The position numbers and the translations under genes are program-made. Positions 27,101 through 39,100 of a stretch of DNA of 64,000 bases are shown here, piece after piece. Origin of the DNA: Raillietiella orientalis (Eukaryota); contig JAYWIR010000017.1 in NCBI GenBank assembly GCA_036172245.1, forward strand, positions 2,232,001-2,296,000, given 5' to 3'. Positions within the stretch are counted from its first letter, which is position 1. Each line of letters begins with the position of its first letter. The notes under the pieces are model-generated. The model was not told where the DNA came from and made no database searches. It was given only the letters and a program-made list of their open reading frames with translations.

Positions 27101-30100
27101 TAGTGCCATAGCATCTACGAATGCGATCGTGAGTAACCCCTGCGATCCCACTTCGCATCCAGATATCTTCGAAGCGTGCAGTTAGCAGGGACGATTAAGG
27201 GGAAACGCTCATCGCGGTATCGTTGCTGCTGTGTCTGCAGTGCAGCAGACTTTTTTCAGGATTCCAACCAGTGGTGCGAAAATTCCTCTCTTGCCCGCGT
27301 CGGAGGCTTTGTGGTTAAGGCTTCCGCGCGTGGCACCATGCGTCGCGGGCTCGAATGCACCGGCAGAAAGTGACGCCATTGCGTCGTTGGATTCCGAGTT
27401 TCTCCTGCAATAGCGCTGGTTGGCCTAATCATTCGGGAGTGGCACCGGCGGTGGATTAAGCCGTAGGTCCCCGATGAAGGCCGGAACAATGGGAGTCGAC
27501 CTTCGGGTCCTTCCAGGAAAAAAGGAGTGGGGAGTTCTTCCTCCTGTCGTGCAACGGAGAGCGGACCCTCCTCCGGGGGGACTCCTCCGGTTTCAAGATG
27601 GAGCAGAAGCCCTCTCGGGCACCTCTCCAGTTGTTCAAAGGAGCGGATCCTTCTTGTTGCTGGGCCTTTCCGAGTCATCTCCTCTTCACAGAGTGCAAGG
27701 AAGCAAGCGAGAATGATTCTTGCAGGGAAGCTGCAGAGCTCCTTCTGAGTTTCGGAAGCATCCCTTCGGGGTTCTCTTCAGAGGAGTGAACAGTTCCCTT
27801 ACGGGCTCCCTCCGGAGAAGAAAGTCCTGCTAGCGGATCCTTTCCGGGTTCTCTTCGGAGAAGTTGAAATGGAGAGGACAGACCCTCCCCATTGGAGGGG
27901 TGTCCCTCCGGAGAGAATGAGGAAGGAGATTCCCTTCGGGGTTCCCCTTCGGAGACAACCAGGGTGGGAGGTGCGTTCCCCCCATCCGGGGGGATCCCTC
28001 CCCAAGCGTGAGGGGAACGGACTCCGAGCCCTTCCTGGATTCATAGGGCGGACCCCATCCCGGATGCCCCCTATCCTGAAGAATTACACGCCCCCCTGCG
28101 GGTTGCCGCGGGCGGAGAGGCGTGGAAACTAAACAGCGTGTTTAAAGAGCCACGTGCACCGCGAGGCACGCGACCGGCTCTGAGGTACTTAGCGAACCAA
28201 AAAAAAAAAAACTCTTAAAAAAAAAAAAGCTGGAAGGAAAACAGAGAAGACAGAAGAGAAAGAAGAACCCAAGGATTTCCATCGTCCTAGGCCAACAGTA
28301 ACGAATTCCTCGTGGGGTCGCTACTGGCCTTAAAAAAAAAAAAAAAAATTTCTCTCCTTGTTCCAGTCACGTCTGCAATGGTGGTGTAGGCCCTCCCGAA
28401 GAATTTCTGATCAGAAGACCTCTTCGACCCTTCAAAATAACACAGGAAAGAGGAAAGGTTTTGAGTCCCTGAGCGGCTGCGAGCGCGGCCGTCGCAGTCG
28501 CCCTTCGAAACCGGGAGACGCCTCCCAAGTCCGCAAGCACGAGGAAGCGGATCGGGCGCTGCCCGAAACTTGCAGGTGCGCAACCGCCTCGAGCGGCGAA
28601 AGCCAAAGTAGGCTCTCTTTAAGACTTCGTTCTAACCGCTCTGCAAGTACCAAATCCCAGGGAAAAACGTAGGGACAGAGACGAGCAGAAAACGAGTCGC
28701 CTCCCACGCGTTCCTCTCGGCAGAAAAAGGGAATCAAGAAGACTACCTTCGTATATGTAGGGGACCTCCTTTTCGAAGTAGACCAGAACAGGCAGGCTAT
28801 CAAGGCCCCATTCCCGGCTTTTCTCCTCGTCGGAAACCCTCACGAAGGAAATGTTGTGCTGATCGCATATGTCATCGATCTTTTCCAGCTCTCCCAGGAC
28901 TTTCTTGCTCTTCTTGCTGTTTTCCGAATCTGGAAATTGACATCTCCAACAGAAGAAGAAGGAAAAAAGAAACAAACAAAAATGAGCTGCATGCAAAAAG
29001 TTCCAATGAGCCACAGCTCCGCTCTGGAGAAATGGGTTGATCGAGATCAAGCTTTTGCACAGAGGACGCTGTTGGCTCGAGAGGAATAGAAAGAACAAAA
29101 AAGGAAAAGAGAGATAAAGAGAAAGAGGAAAAAAATCCTTACAGAACAAAACGGCCAAGTGAGGGACCTTCTGCACCAAAATCTCGAACATCTCCCCGGT
29201 GACTTTCTCGATCTCTTCCGAATTCGCCTGCCGGATCAGCCATCTTAAGACCTCGTCTTCGTTAGCCAGGTCTCCTGCCATGGAAAAGCAAGAAAGTCAG
29301 ACATCTCGCCTGCTAGGAGCATCCGAAGCAGAGGAAGCATTCTTGGCCACGTGCTCTGGCAAGTGGATCGCGGACACACACGAGAAGTGCATCCATATGC
29401 AGCTTCCTTCTCCTCCCCCTTCTCCAGATGCTTCCGCTCTGAAAGACTCAGCTCATGCCTCATCGGTAACAGTGCTCAGCCGAGCTGGACTCTTGGGACA
29501 CAGGGAAGCTCTACACGCTGGATCACGAGCGAAGAAGAGGAGTGGCCGTCGTGGATTCACGTGAGGAAAAAGACTGTCTCAGAATCGCGCGCGCCCGTTG
29601 CGATGGGAACCAAAGGTGCGTAGCTTATCCAGGCATGGCGGCGGCTCAAGAATTCTGGAAAATCTGGAATTTCTTGCACAGAAGCTTTTGGGGATCAATT
29701 TGGGATGCCCTGATAGGAGAACCCAGACAAGGTTCATCGTGCACCCTTAGCAGCTTCCTACGAGGTTGAAATGTCAGAGAAAAGAAACCGGAGAGGCGAG
29801 TCGATTCGAAATTATTCCCAGAGGACTGTGGAGCTTGGGGGTTTCAAGATTGACTGGAAAGGTGGGTCAATTTTTTCGTTTTCGGAATTTTTGAGCTAAC
29901 TGGACCAGGTTGTGGACTTTGCTATTTTTAGACTTGTTTTCGAAGCCCTGATACTCGTGTCATCGGGAAAACTTGAGGTTTCTCCGAGTGTTCTTTTCAC
30001 TCCCTCTTCGTGAAAGGAGGCAACTGGACATCAGAAGACGGGGAAGGTGGTTCAAGGTCTGAAGTCGACGAGCGTTGACCATGCACCTTTGATGTCCTTG

Positions 30101-33100
30101 CCGTCCCATCTTCAAGTTCTTGTGACGTTTTGCCAAAAACTCTCAGGCGAGTTAAAAATGCCCTTTTCGGTCCTCAAGATTGTTGTTGGTGACAGTCCAT
30201 CGTCCTCCCTCTCGATGGATGGAACCGTCCGGTTCGGACTTCAGGTTCAAAGTCTCTATATCTCCGTTCGTCGGGTTTGTGGGGCGAGCGCGTTGAAGAC
30301 GGGAGCGCGAGAGAGCTCACCCGCGCGCAGAAACTCCTTCCGGAGTCTTCGTTGCCTTTTGAACGTGGTTCGGAAATAACAGGCCGCATTTTCACAATAA
30401 GCTTCAGCTGGAGTACGCGACCGTTCCTCAGGAATCCACTGAAAACCACCCTTTGGTGGAGTCAGCTCTCAAGAATGCAAGCATCGCTTGGTAGCCAGGG
30501 TGCTCGCTCTTCGTCTGTCAAAGCAGCCTGACTGCATCAGGACTTGGCCTCACGTCACGTCCTGGAAACACTGCGAGAGGAGATTTTTTCTGAAGTGTGA
30601 GGAAACGACGTAATACAGGAACTTTGATTAGAGGCACTGCTGACGTCACCACAGACTTTTCCAGAGTTTTCTGAGCTCCAGGAAGACATTCCATACCTTT
30701 CTCAGCTGGTCAAGGAACACTGACCTCTGCAACAGCAACACTCCCTTCCGCTCTCCAGTTTAAGATCAGCGTATGCTTGGAGTGCGAGATCGACTGTTTG
30801 TTGAGAATTAGAAGAGGGAAAAAACTCCCGTCAAATGCTGCAACTTGGACAAAGGGGAATCGTTGCTCCCATATTCAACACTGTGGTCCTGCTGGAAACA
30901 GGGGCACCACGGAAAACAAATGTGGACAGAATGCAGTGTTTGGTCAATGAACGCTGCAGAACATGGAAAAGCTGCATCCTCCAAATAGGATTCCTCTGGT
31001 GAGCCCTGAGACAGGTGAAACGGTTGCCTTTAACCGAGATAGCGATCTCGAGAGACCGATGGACGTAGACAGGCGCTTCCAAATCTACCGGGGAGCAACA
31101 TTTTGATCCAGAATGAAGATCGAAATTCATCACAGAGTATGTGGCCATATGCGGACGAACAAATGATGTGGACTTCCATTCTCTGTTCACCCCAGGACCT
31201 CCGTTATGTACAGAGTCAAAGCTGAAGCTGAGTACCGTCTCGTTACTAGAGCATTGGAAAAAAATCGTGCGCATCAGAAATTTCTTACCCGAAAAGATCG
31301 ATTGCTGCAGTAATCATACTGAGGCAATCGATCTTTAAGACAGAAAGTGAACTCGACAAGCCATGCAGCACAACGCAGCTCCAGCATATGTCGTTTTCAT
31401 GACTTCCTCGCTAAGACGCTGCTCTGGAAATCCCTTCCTGGTTGCTAAGTTGTCCCTCTTCCTAGGGTTTCTATTCTTCAGAGATTAGTTCCTCCTTCGA
31501 GAACTTTTCGGAAAGCTTCTAGAGCCAGATCTTCAAGCTCTACAAATCCGTTGGCTTCTTCTGGTCGAAAACTCTTCTCGTGGCGGCTGGAAAAACCTTT
31601 GCCGAATGGATGGATCCAAAATGATTTGGTGCGAGAATAAAAACAAACTGCAGCTCCCAGATCTCACTAAGAATTGAGCACATTCTCCAGTGCATGAGAA
31701 TCTTTTTAATGCTGGATCCGGAATCTGATCTTTAATTGCGACAATTCTCGGCTCAGAACATTTTTCTTTTTGTTCCCGTAGTTCATATATCTGATGCTCT
31801 TCAGGCCAGATCCATGGTGGGAAAGAGGAAAGGGTCTGCTTGGAAGTCACTTCAAGTGCTACATTCATCCTTAGTGCTTTCCAGCTACTTTTCTTTTATA
31901 AACTGTTTTCTCAAACAATCAAGTTTCTTTATATGTGTTCCCCTAGCTGGATTGGTTAGCGCTCAAAGAAGCCGAGTGAAAGACCTGCATGGCCCCTACA
32001 ATCTTGGAAACCGACGCACGAAGACACTCAAAGACAAACAATTCATAGTGAAATAATAAATAAAGTCCGCGTGATGTGACCAGCGGATCGTTTTCAAGAG
32101 CGGAACAAAAATAAACAGGATTGAAAGAAACGGTTGTGGAGAGGCACGAAGCAGAGAAACGCAATCTCCACCATTTCTTCAATGGTGGAGATTGCGCGAT
32201 TGCACGCTTCGAACCATCACTCCCTATTCTGTTGCCTCAGATACTGAACAATCATAAAAGGAAAACGATTCGAGCTAGACGCCTTCTATTTGCAGCGGTC
32301 CAAGACCAGGTCGCCTAAGTGGCAGCCATTCTTTTTGAGTGGAAAATGGATCTCGGAATGTACTACCAAAACTCCAGTTGAAGCGTCTCCAGTTGAGCAG
32401 ACAGGAAAGACTTCCAAAGAAGGAGCAAACGGGCTCACCTTCGAACAGATATGGAATTTTCCTCTCAAAATACACCAAGACGGGAAGGCGCTTCAGTCCG
32501 TATTCGATGGCTTCAGATTTGTCATCGATTTTAACAAAAGCGATGTTGTGATGATCGCACTCGTCATCGATCGTTTCCAAGTTATCTATGACTGTTTTAG
32601 AAGCCTCGGAGTTGTCATCTGGAAGAGACATTAATTTCCGGGAGTTATTCCTAAAAAGAACTTTCTTACAAAAAAGAACTGCGAGGTGCTTCGACTCTTC
32701 TATGAGACTGTCAAGCATTTCATCGCTTACTCTCTCGATATCATCTGCTTGGATCCTTTCTGAGAGCCACTGGAGCACCTTTTCTTCTTCTCTCAAATCT
32801 CCTAAAAAGACAGAAAGAGGAGTACAGAAAGAGGGAAATGCAAACTCTTATGGGAATTTATGCTTGCAATCTCTTCGCTTATTCGAAAGCATAAGAAAAG
32901 AAAGAAAGAAAATCAACCTTCATAGATGTTAGGAATTCTTTTTTCAAACAAGACCAATTTGGGGAGTTCATCAACACCATACTGTTGAGCTGCATGAAGG
33001 TCACCAATTTTGACCATCAGGACTCCCTTTTGGTCACACTCATCATCGATGCTCTCTAGCTCTTCCAGAGCGTCCAAAGATTCTGGATTTTTCGGATCAT

Positions 33101-36100
33101 CTTGGGAGACATCGTAAGGATGAGGATCATAGAAATTGATGAGGAAAGAGATCAAAAAATAAAAAAATCAGTGCATTGATGTAGCAACGAACGCTCGTTT
33201 GGACTGTAAAAGACAAGATCAAACGAAATGATTTGTCCAGAGGCAAGCACAAATGGGCCAAGAGCTCTGAAAGGGACTCGTGATTTCATATCACGAGACT
33301 CCTTCAACAGTTGAACCACAATAAACAGCGGGTATCGATTGATGCTGAGGGATGGAATCCTCGCGCATCCATTATGGTTTCGAGTTTAGGGATGCCCGGC
33401 GTCCACCTCGCTGGAACGAGTTTCCATCCCTCCTTCCGTTCGCAGGAAGGAGGGATGGAAACTTCAAATCGAATCGCCAAAGGACTCCTTTGGCGATTCG
33501 ATTCAAGCCATCTCACTTGGAGCATCGGCGTCAAAGGCAACCGAAGGTGCACCCCGAATTCGTTACTCCACTTGAGCGCCACGCGGAAGAGTAGTCGAAG
33601 GATGTGGTCTTTTGTGTGCTGTAACTGATCCGGGATAATTGCTCGAACTTGAAAGGGATGCAGCACCACTGCTGGAATCCATCTTTCCGTGCTTGAAAAC
33701 ACTAGGGAGACCTGTATACACCGAGCGCGCGGCATCATGCTTGCTTCTTACGTCGGGACTGCTAATGTACCAACATCAACCAACTATCGGTGGAGATTAA
33801 GAGCTGTCAAAACAGGGATTTTAAGTAATCTTGAGAGTTGTTTTAGGGAGATTGCAGCTGTCTTCCTCATGTGGAAAGTATTTATAATTAGGCTCCCATA
33901 AGGTTATTGGAGGCAGGCTCTAGAAAAGTTCCGTATCACATCAAGATGCAAAATGGATTCCGCACGAAACGATTCCGTGTATGCCTTTCGATAGTTCTTG
34001 CAGAGTTCTTAGGTGTCTGTCTGAATTCCTTCTTATGTTCGGTCCTTGAGAACGGATCTAAGGAAATCGAAATAATCGAACACAAGGAACTTGAAAACGG
34101 AGTAAGGAAGCTTGTCGAGAATGCATCTGAATGGAACCTAGTCTTCCGAAGATGAAGATTGACTACGAGCGGCTGCTCTTTATGTACCTGCTGCTAGGAT
34201 ATGGTATCGAATGGAATGCGGAATGTTCTCACTGGATTTTTCATGGGATTCTTCTTTTATTATTTCTTACCATTAATCCTTCACTCTGAAAGCGCGATCC
34301 TCAGTCAACGCAGCAACTCTGGAGCTGCTACTCCCAACGGTTGTCAGAAACCATCTCTCATCTTTAAATGCAATGCAAACACACTAACACATGTATGCAA
34401 CACGGGACAAGGAGAGCACATGATAAGGATTCAAATCCAGAAGACTGAATTCCTGTTCATTTTCTGTGGAGTGTTATGATGCAGTTTCCTCTTCAGTTGC
34501 TCCAGGATTGTTTCCCTTCATCTGGGAAGCAGAAATGACAAGGAGCAATCGTTCGAAAGTATAACGGCGATTTTACGGGATTTGATAGTGACCTACATTA
34601 TTGTTATTCTTGGGTTTCGAGTGAAGTGGGAGTTTTCTGAAACCGCGCCATATTTTTTCTTCCATGCTGAGCTCTTTTATTTCAACTCAGCTGAAAAGAA
34701 AGCTGCATTCAGTTTCTTCGTAGAAAAGAAACTTCCATTCTTCTTCGATCGAGGATCACAGGAGTACTTAAGTTATGCTTCCTGGATGAGATGTGATATT
34801 TGAAACGTTCCAATTTTGGCTCAGCGTTGGCTCTTTAGAATAGCAGGAACCGTTTTACAGACATCCCTTTCCAGGAGTACAAGCACAAAAAGCACAAGGA
34901 ATGCAGGTACAACACACCACTGACTTTTGAAGATGTCTTTATGCGACATTTTGCACAGCAAAGAATGCTGGCGAAATCTGGGATAGCGCGTTCGTTCTCC
35001 GAGAATATTCTGCTGAGATTTTTGTGTGACGTTGAAAGGCGTGATGCCTGCAACACGCACCGCATCAAACACTATGTGGAGTGACCACGGTTGTGTAGAG
35101 GGACGCCTCGAACTGGGCTTCAGGCAAAATGTGCCAACGGTGGAGTGCGATTCAAATCCCAGGGGTGTGTGGAAGACGAAATGATAATGGGGGAATGATT
35201 ACTTACAAAAAATCACAGCGAGCTGATCTACAGATCGAATCAGGGTCGCCAGATGCTTTTCACTGACTTCGTCTATAATGTCTTCTGCAGACGCACTTGT
35301 CTTATGCTCTATCAGCCACTCCAGAACTTCCTTTTCTTGCTGCAAGTTCCCTGAAAGGATGGAGACCATAAGTTTGGGCCCTCTTTGTCATTGTGAAAGG
35401 CTGCTACCTGCATACACGATCGGAATTTGGTTTCTGTAGTACACCAGTGCTGGGATTTGCTCCAGATTATATTCATCAACAAGGAAGGCATCATCTATTT
35501 TGACGAATCCTATATCCAGTTCGTTGGCTTCATCATCGATGTTTTCGAGCGCTTCAAGAACCCTTTTGCTTTTCTGATCGTTTTTGCTATCTAAAAAAAG
35601 TTAGTCCTCAGAACAGAGGAACTTGAAGTGATGTTTTAAAAGGAGGAGGGATGCACGGAAAATTAGGTATTCCAATTAGAGGAAGGTTTTGCGATTTTGT
35701 ATTCGAAACTTTTAGGTGTTTGACGAAATTAAATAAGAAAATTGTGTATGCAGCTTCAAACTCTGAAGGCAGTCTGTGTACAAGCAAGCTCGTGTACGAC
35801 TTCAAATCCTGAGGTCGTGAACACACATACACACACACTCCGTGTGAGCCACCTTTGCGTGCAAACCACCCTTCGTGGGGATTTTGCAGATCACTCCATT
35901 TATTTGTGCTGTTATGAGAAGGATTGTATGGGGGAATCGTCGTGGGAAGGGATCGGCAAGGAAGGAAAAAAGTACCCTTGGAAAGGAAAGTGACTGCTAT
36001 TTTTGGATCATACACTTCTCCATAAGAATATTTAAGCACTTTGCAATTTTGACAACAACCAGACAAAAATACATTTTGAGGCCATCATTCGGTAAAAATA

Positions 36101-39100
36101 GAAACTGAAAAATCGTAAAAACTTGCAAATCGATGATTGTTTTTTTGGAGCAGATGAAATTTCTTAGCTTGCTTTCTGTATCACGTCGCGCATGCAAAAG
36201 GATTGTGGAAAATGCTTTTCAAAAAGAGGCGGTGATATCCCATTTAGCCACCGGGCTGTTGACAGACTGGAAGAGTTTCCTTGCGACCGATCGTGAAAAT
36301 CGAGTAGTCATTCAGTCAGTTCAGCCTGCATGGGAAGTTGTAATCAGCATCCCAGAGCACAAGCTTACTCAACGCATTTTATGAGAATCTTATTCTTAAT
36401 CCTCCCAGCATGCCTTGATGATGGTGCACTTGCCTACCAATATGATCTCAGGATTCGTTCTTGTGGAAAGATATCTGGTTTTTCAGACAGAGGACGAAGG
36501 AAAAGGGGCATATTGCGAGAAAGCAGTTAGGTCGAGTGCATTCCGTGCTGCTGATCGAGACAAGTCGAGCCGGCAGTGATTCGGAATGCCTTCGAAACAA
36601 CAAGGAACAAAGGAACAGCACTCCCGATCAAATTCCAGAAAGACCCCATTCAGGTGAGGGGCAGGACTCGGAGCAAACGCTCTAACTTTCGGATGCTGCA
36701 GATGTCTGGGATGAAAGCAGCAACTTGAATATGGGAGATGGCATGACATGAGCAAGTCACGGTAGACGCAAGAAACCTCTGCTGCAAGCGGGGGTGGAAA
36801 CCAGCCGAGAGCGTAGAGAAGGAAATGAAGTGATGAATTGATCGGAACCAGGAAACTTCAGCATGGCAAAAAGAAATGAGAAGGAAGACATCCGGAAAGA
36901 ACACCAGAAAGGTAGTGAGATCACTCGTTCTTCATTTGATCCCAATAGTGAGTCTTTTGCTTTCCTAAATGCCTCGTCTGGAAGCACTGAGACGAGTGCG
37001 GTGAGATGTGTCCTTCAAGGAACTGGGTCTCCGAGAGGCAGTGTACTTACACAGAACTGACCTAGATTTGCCTCATGCAAACTTGGTATTGGCACCTTTA
37101 CCTGCGCGAGTCGTGGAACACATCTCCCGCAGACGAAAAAAGACTTCGGCCCCAACCCTACTGAGAAATGGTGCTGTCGTTTCCAGAGAAGATAAAAAAA
37201 AAAAAAAAGAAACGTTTTCACGGCTTGAAATCATTAGGATGAGCTTTGCGTGTCAGGGGTGGGACAGATGCCTTCACCAGTTCCTACTCTTGCCGCAAAG
37301 ACGTTGCTCGTTTATCGGAGTCGGTGAGAGGGGCTTGAGAAATTTGGGGGAGCCTAAATCAATGAATACGCGGAGGATCAGAGAATCTCTGGGTAAGAAG
37401 AGTTCGCAGATTTGTTCGTTCCTGGTCTGCAGCTGCCGAGGAGGACACGTCAAACACCGGGTCATTCTTAGATGCAACACTGGATGACTGTCGTGTATGG
37501 TACTCACAGAACAGCACAGCCAAATATTTCGTCTCTTTCACGACTTTGTCAAGTATTTTGGCGTTCACTTCCTCTATCTGATCTGGCAGCTCTATCATAT
37601 CCAAGCTGGTGAGGAAATCGAGAACCCTCTGGCTGTCTTTGAGGTCACCTAAAGGGTAAGCATGTGTTAGGGGCAACCTCTCGGATTTTTTCAGAGAGCT
37701 TACCTGTGTAGGTGATGGGTTCCTTGGCTCGAAAATATTGGAGTGTAGGAAACGAATTGACTCCATATTGCTGGGCCAGTTTTCTGTCATTTATTTTGAC
37801 GAAATTCACCCCAAAAGTGTCCGTGTCATCATCGATGTCTTCCAGCTCTGCCAGAGCTCTCTCGCATTCTTTGCATTGATTCTTGTCTGCAAAAAGAGCA
37901 GAAAAACAGTTGGATCACTTGTTGCATGACGGGTCTAGAAAATGGATGCCCACAAGGACCGTTGGCGGGAGATTTTTCTCACACTTTCCAAGGTTAATTC
38001 GAAAGGAAAAAGAGGACGAAGGTTCCCGCGGCAAGTCATGACTATGACTCGAGCGAAACGCAAGAAAGACCGCGTTCTTTGCAGCTTTTCGCCTTTTGCT
38101 ACTCTTCCTGAAAGCATCGAGACTTTCGCCAAGAGCGGCGGTGGGCTCTGTGGAGACCGCCTGAATAGACGGACAGACGAAGAGGGGAGGAGGAAAAGGA
38201 CGGGATCCTTCTCCGCTGCTGCTCCCTGATAGAAGGCGATCCAAATCTTCAGGGTCCCCAAGATTGGGAAGAACCGATGCAGAAAGCGATTTTCTTCAAG
38301 CATCGGAGTATGCAGCCCTGAGGCAGCTCGCCATAAGTTTTGAGAGCCTCCTAGAGCAGGCTCGCGTCGAACCTCCCTGAGTTTCGCCGCAAAGTCCTAT
38401 TCGGGACGGGACGATTTGAAGCAGCTGTACAAGCAGCTGGCGGCAGGGATCTTCGGCGTCTGTTCGGCCCATCCTTTCAGAGGATTTTCTTCGAAGGCGA
38501 GTCGCACACCAATCTGAACAGATGGTGGCGTCCCCCCTCCAACTGCTTGTACGAGGAGAGCTTCTCTTCCGAAGGGGATCTCGCTTTCGCGGTTTTTCGA
38601 AAGCCCGGTGTGCTCGTGATTCGGAATGGAACCGCAGAAGACGCGAGGGAGCAGTTGGAACGGGAAGGAAGAGGACGGGGGACGAATTCCGTCCTCTTTG
38701 GTGAAACCTTCTAGGAGCGCTCCTCTCTGTGAGCGACCTCAGTGAGGGGTCCAGCCAGTGTTTGCATGCACCCCTCTGCTCTCTGGGCCCTCTCACACTC
38801 TTCGACTGTCCCCACCTCGAGTTCCCGATAAACCTCCGGGTGTTCGTAGATCAGGAATTGATTGGAGCTTCGAGAATCTCCCGCCATCGAGTGGCGTGCG
38901 GACCCGTGTCGGGCGCGCCGTAACGCGTGCGGCGCGACCCAGCAGACGGCGATTCCTCAGAGGTCCCGCGGCGAGGAAGGAGAGCTGACCAGCCGGGCTC
39001 TGGTCACTCAGAGTGGCCAGCCGGAGCGACAGATGAGAGGGGGGAGGATTGGCTCCTCATCCCGGTCAGCGTCTAGATCCAGCGTGGATGGGAGGTCGTC

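Noticed and set aside
35082..35165. Fourth, truncated head of the structured element (accacggttgtgt...gcgattcaaatccc)
   Set aside because: Similarity is too short and none of the body blocks follow.
37051..37061. Possible microexon (TAG|11 nt|GTAAGT) in the Trx-repeat gene
   Set aside because: 11 nt would break the frame of an otherwise strictly symmetric gene.
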